Below, piece after piece: positions 60,264-64,000 of a DNA stretch of 64,000 nucleotides (positions are counted from its first letter, which is position 1; every line of letters begins with the position of its first letter). The stretch covers positions 26,844 through 90,843 of the forward strand of contig JAUXWS010000043.1 in NCBI GenBank assembly GCA_030685015.1, read 5' to 3'. Under the pieces are notes generated by a model. The model had not been told where the DNA came from. It worked only from the letters and a program-made list of their open reading frames with translations, and did no database searches. This DNA comes from a bacterium. GTDB taxonomy: Bacteria; CAIWAD01. Position numbers and translations under genes: made by a program.

Positions 60264-62195
60264 TCAAGGCTGCAGCCGGGCCTTCACCCATTCCTCCAGC
60301 CCGCCGGCCAACACCAGTTCCTGCGCGGCCACGCCAATGGGAAAGAGCGGATAGGAGCGTCCCTCTGTCTCCAGCAGGCTGCGCCGCACATCCAGTCTTG
60401 CTTGCCAGCCCGTTCTCAACGTGGGGGCGGACGGAGTGGGAAAGGCCTGGCGAAGCGCCTCCACCAGTTCCGGTGCTTCCAGCGCCAGGAAGCCGTTGTT
60501 GAGGGCGTTGCGCTTGTAGGTTTCGCTGAAGCTGCCGGCCAGCACCAGACGAATGCCGAAATGCTTTAGGGCCGTGGCCGCCTGTTCGCGACTGGATCCA
60601 GTGCCGAAATTGTAGCCGCCCACCAGCAGGTCGCCGGGGCGCGCCAACCGGCGGAACCGTGGATCATGGTTCTCCATCACCACGGCCACCTGGTCGGCCG
60701 GACCCATGTCGTCCTTGTAAGTCCACTTGCCGGCGTAGATGCCGTCCGTGTTGAGATTGTCCACATCGCAGAAGATCAACTCCCCTGCCAGGGCCTCCGG
60801 GAATCCCGGCAGGATGCGCACCGCGGCGATGGTCGGCCAGGGTCGCTCCGGGCGATGCAGGGACACGCGCGGCAGAAGGGCGGGCAGGTCAGTGGCGGCG
60901 CAGATGACGCCGGCGCGGGCGGATGCGGCCACCACCGCTGGCGAGGCCAGGTAGGCCTTCGAGTCCGCGTGTCCCATCCGCCCCTTGAAATTGCGGTTGG
61001 TGGCGGAAATGCCGGTCTCCCCCTCCCCCAGAAGCCCCACGCCCAAGCCGATGCAGGGTCCGCATCCGGGTGGCAGGACGCGCGCGCCCGCCGCGACCAG
61101 ATCCTGCCAATCCCCTGTTTGCTCCGCCGCCGCCTGCACCTGCGAGGAAGCGGCCGAGAGATAGAACTCCACCCCGTCCGCCACCCGGCCGCCACGCAGG
61201 ACGGCGGCGGCCTGGGCCAGGTCGCCGGCCCGGCTGTTGACACAAGAGACGAGGTAGGCCTTCTGCACGGGTATGCACTCCAGCGCCAGCTCGGAGGCCG
61301 GCCGGGCCCGCTTGATGGCATTGGGACCGGCCACCCAGGGCGAGATGGTGGCGAGATCGATCTCCAGCTCGACGGCGTAGGTGGCGTCCGCATCGGCGGC
61401 GGGAGGATTCCGCCGCAGCTCGCGCAGCCGGTAGGCGTTCAGGCGCGGATGCCCCGGACGGGCGGCGGCCAGTGCCTCGAGCCAGGCCATCAGCCGCTCG
61501 TCCACCGGAAAAACCCCGGCCAGGGCGCCCCACTCGGTGGTCATGTTGGCCACAGCCAGGCGATCCTCGATGCCAAGGGTGGCCACGCCGGGGCCGGCGA
61601 ACTCCACCGCATGATTCAATACCTCATCGCGGGAGAACTCGCTGCACAAGGTCAAGATGAGATCCTTGCCCGTCACGCCGGGTCGAAGGGCGCCCCGCAG
61701 CGTGACGCGGGCGACCGGGGGAAGCTGCCACCAGGTGCGGCCGGTGGCCCAGATGGCCGCCGCATCCGTCCGCACCACCGGCGTGCCCAGACACCCCACC
61801 CCGCCGTACATGTTGGAATGGCTGTCGCTGGCCACGACCAGGGTGCCGGGCCAGGCGAAGCCCTCCTCGATCATGATCTGGTGGCCGATGCCCCGACCGG
61901 CCGGGAAAAACATGACTCCCATGTCGCGGGCAAAGGTCTCGATGCGCGCATACTTGGCCAGGTTGGCCTCGCTGGTGTCCTGCACGTTGTGGTCCAGGGC
62001 GAACACCGGCTGGCCGGGATCCGCCATGCGCACGGCGCCGATGGACCTGAACTTGGGCATGACCGCGCCGGTGTTGTCGTGCGTCATGACATGGGCGGGC
62101 CGGATGGAAAGCAGGTCGCCGGACTGGACCCACTGGCCGGGATCCAGATCCACGGCGTGGGCCTGGGTCAGTCTTTCCACCAGGTTCTGTGGCAT
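60264..62195 (-). CDS. Aconitase-superfamily hydro-lyase with fused large (LeuC-like) and small (LeuD-like swivel) domains; homoaconitase / 3-isopropylmalate dehydratase-like.
   Basis: LeuC/aconitase motifs GIGHQIMIEE, ASDSHSNMYG, CGPCIG and SATNRNFKGRMG. The C-terminal swivel domain carries GYNFGTGSSREQAATAL. Trimmed to MPQNLVERL. The exact substrate cannot be assigned from sequence. Confidence 0.75.
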   Translation of the reverse strand: MPQNLVERLTQAHAVDLDPGQWVQSGDLLSIRPAHVMTHDNTGAVMPKFRSIGAVRMADPGQPVFALDHNVQDTSEANLAKYARIETFARDMGVMFFPAGRGIGHQIMIEEGFAWPGTLVVASDSHSNMYGGVGCLGTPVVRTDAAAIWATGRTWWQLPPVARVTLRGALRPGVTGKDLILTLCSEFSRDEVLNHAVEFAGPGVATLGIEDRLAVANMTTEWGALAGVFPVDERLMAWLEALAAARPGHPRLNAYRLRELRRNPPAADADATYAVELEIDLATISPWVAGPNAIKRARPASELALECIPVQKAYLVSCVNSRAGDLAQAAAVLRGGRVADGVEFYLSAASSQVQAAAEQTGDWQDLVAAGARVLPPGCGPCIGLGVGLLGEGETGISATNRNFKGRMGHADSKAYLASPAVVAASARAGVICAATDLPALLPRVSLHRPERPWPTIAAVRILPGFPEALAGELIFCDVDNLNTDGIYAGKWTYKDDMGPADQVAVVMENHDPRFRRLARPGDLLVGGYNFGTGSSREQAATALKHFGIRLVLAGSFSETYKRNALNNGFLALEAPELVEALRQAFPTPSAPTLRTGWQARLDVRRSLLETEGRSYPLFPIGVAAQELVLAGGLEEWVKARLQP

Positions 62196-62320
62196 TTTTC
62201 CCCCTGCTTCACTTGACCAACCACACGAACCCGCCGGCACGCAGCGGATGCAGAAGCCGCACGGACTGCCGTCCGGCCTGGTGCAGGCCAGCCTGCGGTC
62301 CGGACCGCCCCGGGACTGCG

Positions 62321-62533
62321 TCAGGTCGCCTCGTCCATGACGCGGACCGCCTCCGCGGCGGGGCCCTTCTCCCCTTCCACCAAGCGGAAACTGACCTCCT
62401 GGCCGGGACGCAACACTTTGCGGCCCTTGGCCTTGATCTGGGAGTAGTGGACGAAGATGTCCTGGTCAATGCCCAGACAGGTGATGAAGCCGAAGCCGTG
62501 CTTCTCGTCGAAATACTTGACTGTTCCCAGCAT
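62321..62533 (-). CDS. cspA: Cold-shock protein (CspA family).
   Basis: 70 aa. RNP1-like motif KHGFGFI and RNP2-like VFVHY. Confidence 0.9.
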   Translation of the reverse strand: MLGTVKYFDEKHGFGFITCLGIDQDIFVHYSQIKAKGRKVLRPGQEVSFRLVEGEKGPAAEAVRVMDEAT

Positions 62534-62542
62534 GGCACTCCG

Positions 62543-64000
62543 TCAGGTCTGGATGACGCCCGGATTGAAGCGCGGAATGTGCGGATTGTGGCTGGCCGCT
62601 TCAAGGCCCAGGTCGATGGCGCGGCGGATGAGACGCGGATCCAGGATCTCGTCCACCCAGAGGCGGGCCGCCCCATGGACCGGATCCATCTCCCGCACGT
62701 ACTTCTCATGGATCTCGGCCAGGGCCGCCTGCTTCTCCGCTTCGCTTAGCTCCTTGCCGCGATGGGCCGCCTGGCCCAGCCGGATGTCGAGCAGGACCTG
62801 GGAGGCTTGGGCTCCCCCCATCACGGCGATGCGGGCGCTGGGGACGGCATAGATGAAGCGGGGATCGTAGGCCTTGCCGCACATGGCGTAGTTGCCGGCG
62901 CCGAAGCTGTTGCCCAGGATGAAGGTGAACTTGGGCACGGTGGAGTTGGCCACGGCGTTGACCAGCTTGGCCCCGTCCTTGATGATGCCGCCGTGCTCCG
63001 CCTGGCTGCCCACCATGAAACCCGTCACATCCTGCAGGAAGACAAGGGGGATGCGGCGCTGGTTGCAGTTGAGGATGAAGCGGGTCGCCTTGTCGGCGCT
63101 GTCCGAGTAGATGACCCCGCCCACCTGCAGCTCCCCCCGGCCACTCTTGACCACCAGGCGCTGGTTGGCCACGATGCCCACCGTCCAGCCGCACACCCGG
63201 GCCGTGCCGCAGAGCAGGGTGCGGCCGTAGTCGGGCTTGTACTCGAGCCATTGGGAGTCGTCCACCAGGCGGGCCAGGATCTCCCTCATGTCGTAGGGTC
63301 GGGAGTGGTCGCGCAGCAGCAGCGCGAGCAGATCGTCGGGCGGGAATGCGGGCTCGGCCGGCTCAGCCCGGGCAAAGGGTCCAGCCGGCACGGCCGGCCA
63401 CTGTCCGAAGATCTCGCGGATGCGGTTCAAGCAATCGGAGTCGTTGGCGGCCTTGTAATCGGTCACGCCGGAAATGGAGCAATGGACGGTGGCTCCGCCC
63501 AGCTTCTCGTTGTCGATCACTTCGCCAATGGCCGCCTTGACCAGGTGGCTGCCGGCCAGGAAGACGCTGCCGGTGCCCTCCACGATGAGGGCCTCGTCGC
63601 TCATGATGGGCAGGTAGGCCCCACCGGCCACGCAGGATCCCATGATGGCGGCGACCTGGGGAATGCCCCGCGAACTCATCACCGCGTTGTTGCGGAAGAT
63701 GCGGCCGAAGTGCTCGCGATCGGGGAAGATCTCGTCCTGGAGAGGCAGGAAGACACCCGCCGAATCCACGAGGTAGACGATGGGCAGGCCGTTCTCGAGG
63801 CAGATCTCCTGGGCGCGCAGGTTCTTCTTGACCGTGATGGGAAACCAGGCGCCCGCCTTGACCGTGGGGTCATTGGCCAGGATCATGGCCAGGCGGCCCT
63901 GGATGCGGCCCAGTCCCATCACGGTTCCTGCCGCGGGCACCGCGCCATGGTGCGGATAGAGTCCCTCGCCCGCCCACAAGCCCAACTCGAAGAAGGAACC
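62543..64000 (-). CDS. Acyl-CoA carboxylase carboxyltransferase subunit (propionyl-CoA carboxylase beta / methylmalonyl-CoA carboxyltransferase family). The 5' end lies beyond the window.
   Basis: Two crotonase-like carboxyltransferase domains (LVDSAGVFL, GGAYLP, and a second domain with GNSFGAGNYAMCG). The frame stays open upstream to nt 64000 (GSFFELGLWAGEG), so the N-terminus is outside the window. The ORF-track Met at 63985 is a TTG. Confidence 0.85.
   Translation of the reverse strand, partial: GSFFELGLWAGEGLYPHHGAVPAAGTVMGLGRIQGRLAMILANDPTVKAGAWFPITVKKNLRAQEICLENGLPIVYLVDSAGVFLPLQDEIFPDREHFGRIFRNNAVMSSRGIPQVAAIMGSCVAGGAYLPIMSDEALIVEGTGSVFLAGSHLVKAAIGEVIDNEKLGGATVHCSISGVTDYKAANDSDCLNRIREIFGQWPAVPAGPFARAEPAEPAFPPDDLLALLLRDHSRPYDMREILARLVDDSQWLEYKPDYGRTLLCGTARVCGWTVGIVANQRLVVKSGRGELQVGGVIYSDSADKATRFILNCNQRRIPLVFLQDVTGFMVGSQAEHGGIIKDGAKLVNAVANSTVPKFTFILGNSFGAGNYAMCGKAYDPRFIYAVPSARIAVMGGAQASQVLLDIRLGQAAHRGKELSEAEKQAALAEIHEKYVREMDPVHGAARLWVDEILDPRLIRRAIDLGLEAASHNPHIPRFNPGVIQT

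Overview
This 64-kb window is very GC-rich (roughly 70%) and densely packed with genes, with no rRNA, CRISPR array, integrase, transposase or phage genes found. I support about 57 protein-coding genes and 3 tRNAs (Phe-GAA, a CAU elongator-type tRNA and an initiator tRNA-fMet). In a genome this GC-rich all six frames carry long spurious ORFs, so calls rest on recognisable protein families, signal peptides and lipoboxes, and on the 4-nt ATGA/GTGA start/stop overlaps that link neighbouring genes. Start coordinates come from ORF-track arithmetic; several provided ORFs carry spurious N-terminal extensions that I trimmed. Positions 1-6764 are on the plus strand (M6 metalloprotease with a T9SS-type C-terminal domain, a Sir2 deacetylase, a TPR lipoprotein, pyrK-pyrD). 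A short minus-strand block and one plus-strand SDR gene follow. From 11.1 kb to the window end every gene is on the minus strand, a co-directional run of about 53 kb. Housekeeping clusters that can be recognised include bamA-skp-lpxD-lpxC/fabZ(fused)-lpxA, meaB-mutB-mutA with a PCC-beta-like carboxyltransferase, tilS-hpt-ftsH, glmS/guaA/surE/accD, folP and rimI. A nucleotide-sugar locus (manC, ugd, UDP-glucuronate decarboxylase, an RmlA-like transferase) sits below an ECF sigma/anti-sigma pair. The LpxC-FabZ fusion, T9SS-like C-terminal domain and PEGA/SLH/CarbopepD_reg domains suggest a high-GC member of the FCB group, such as Gemmatimonadota or a related candidate phylum; this is inference. 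The most interesting uncharacterised content is: (i) a four-gene envelope module (FecR-domain protein, LPP20-like protein, TPR+SLH lipoprotein, TolB-like beta-propeller); (ii) a tightly coupled PEGA/PEGA/TPR membrane-protein trio inserted between ftsH and folP; (iii) a PASTA-only protein sitting where PrkC sits in Firmicutes (rsmB-PASTA-rpe); (iv) a class-II aldolase translationally coupled to an outer-membrane beta-barrel; (v) a holA gene with no canonical start codon. None of these looks like a known defence or mobile system; they are candidate novel envelope or regulatory modules.
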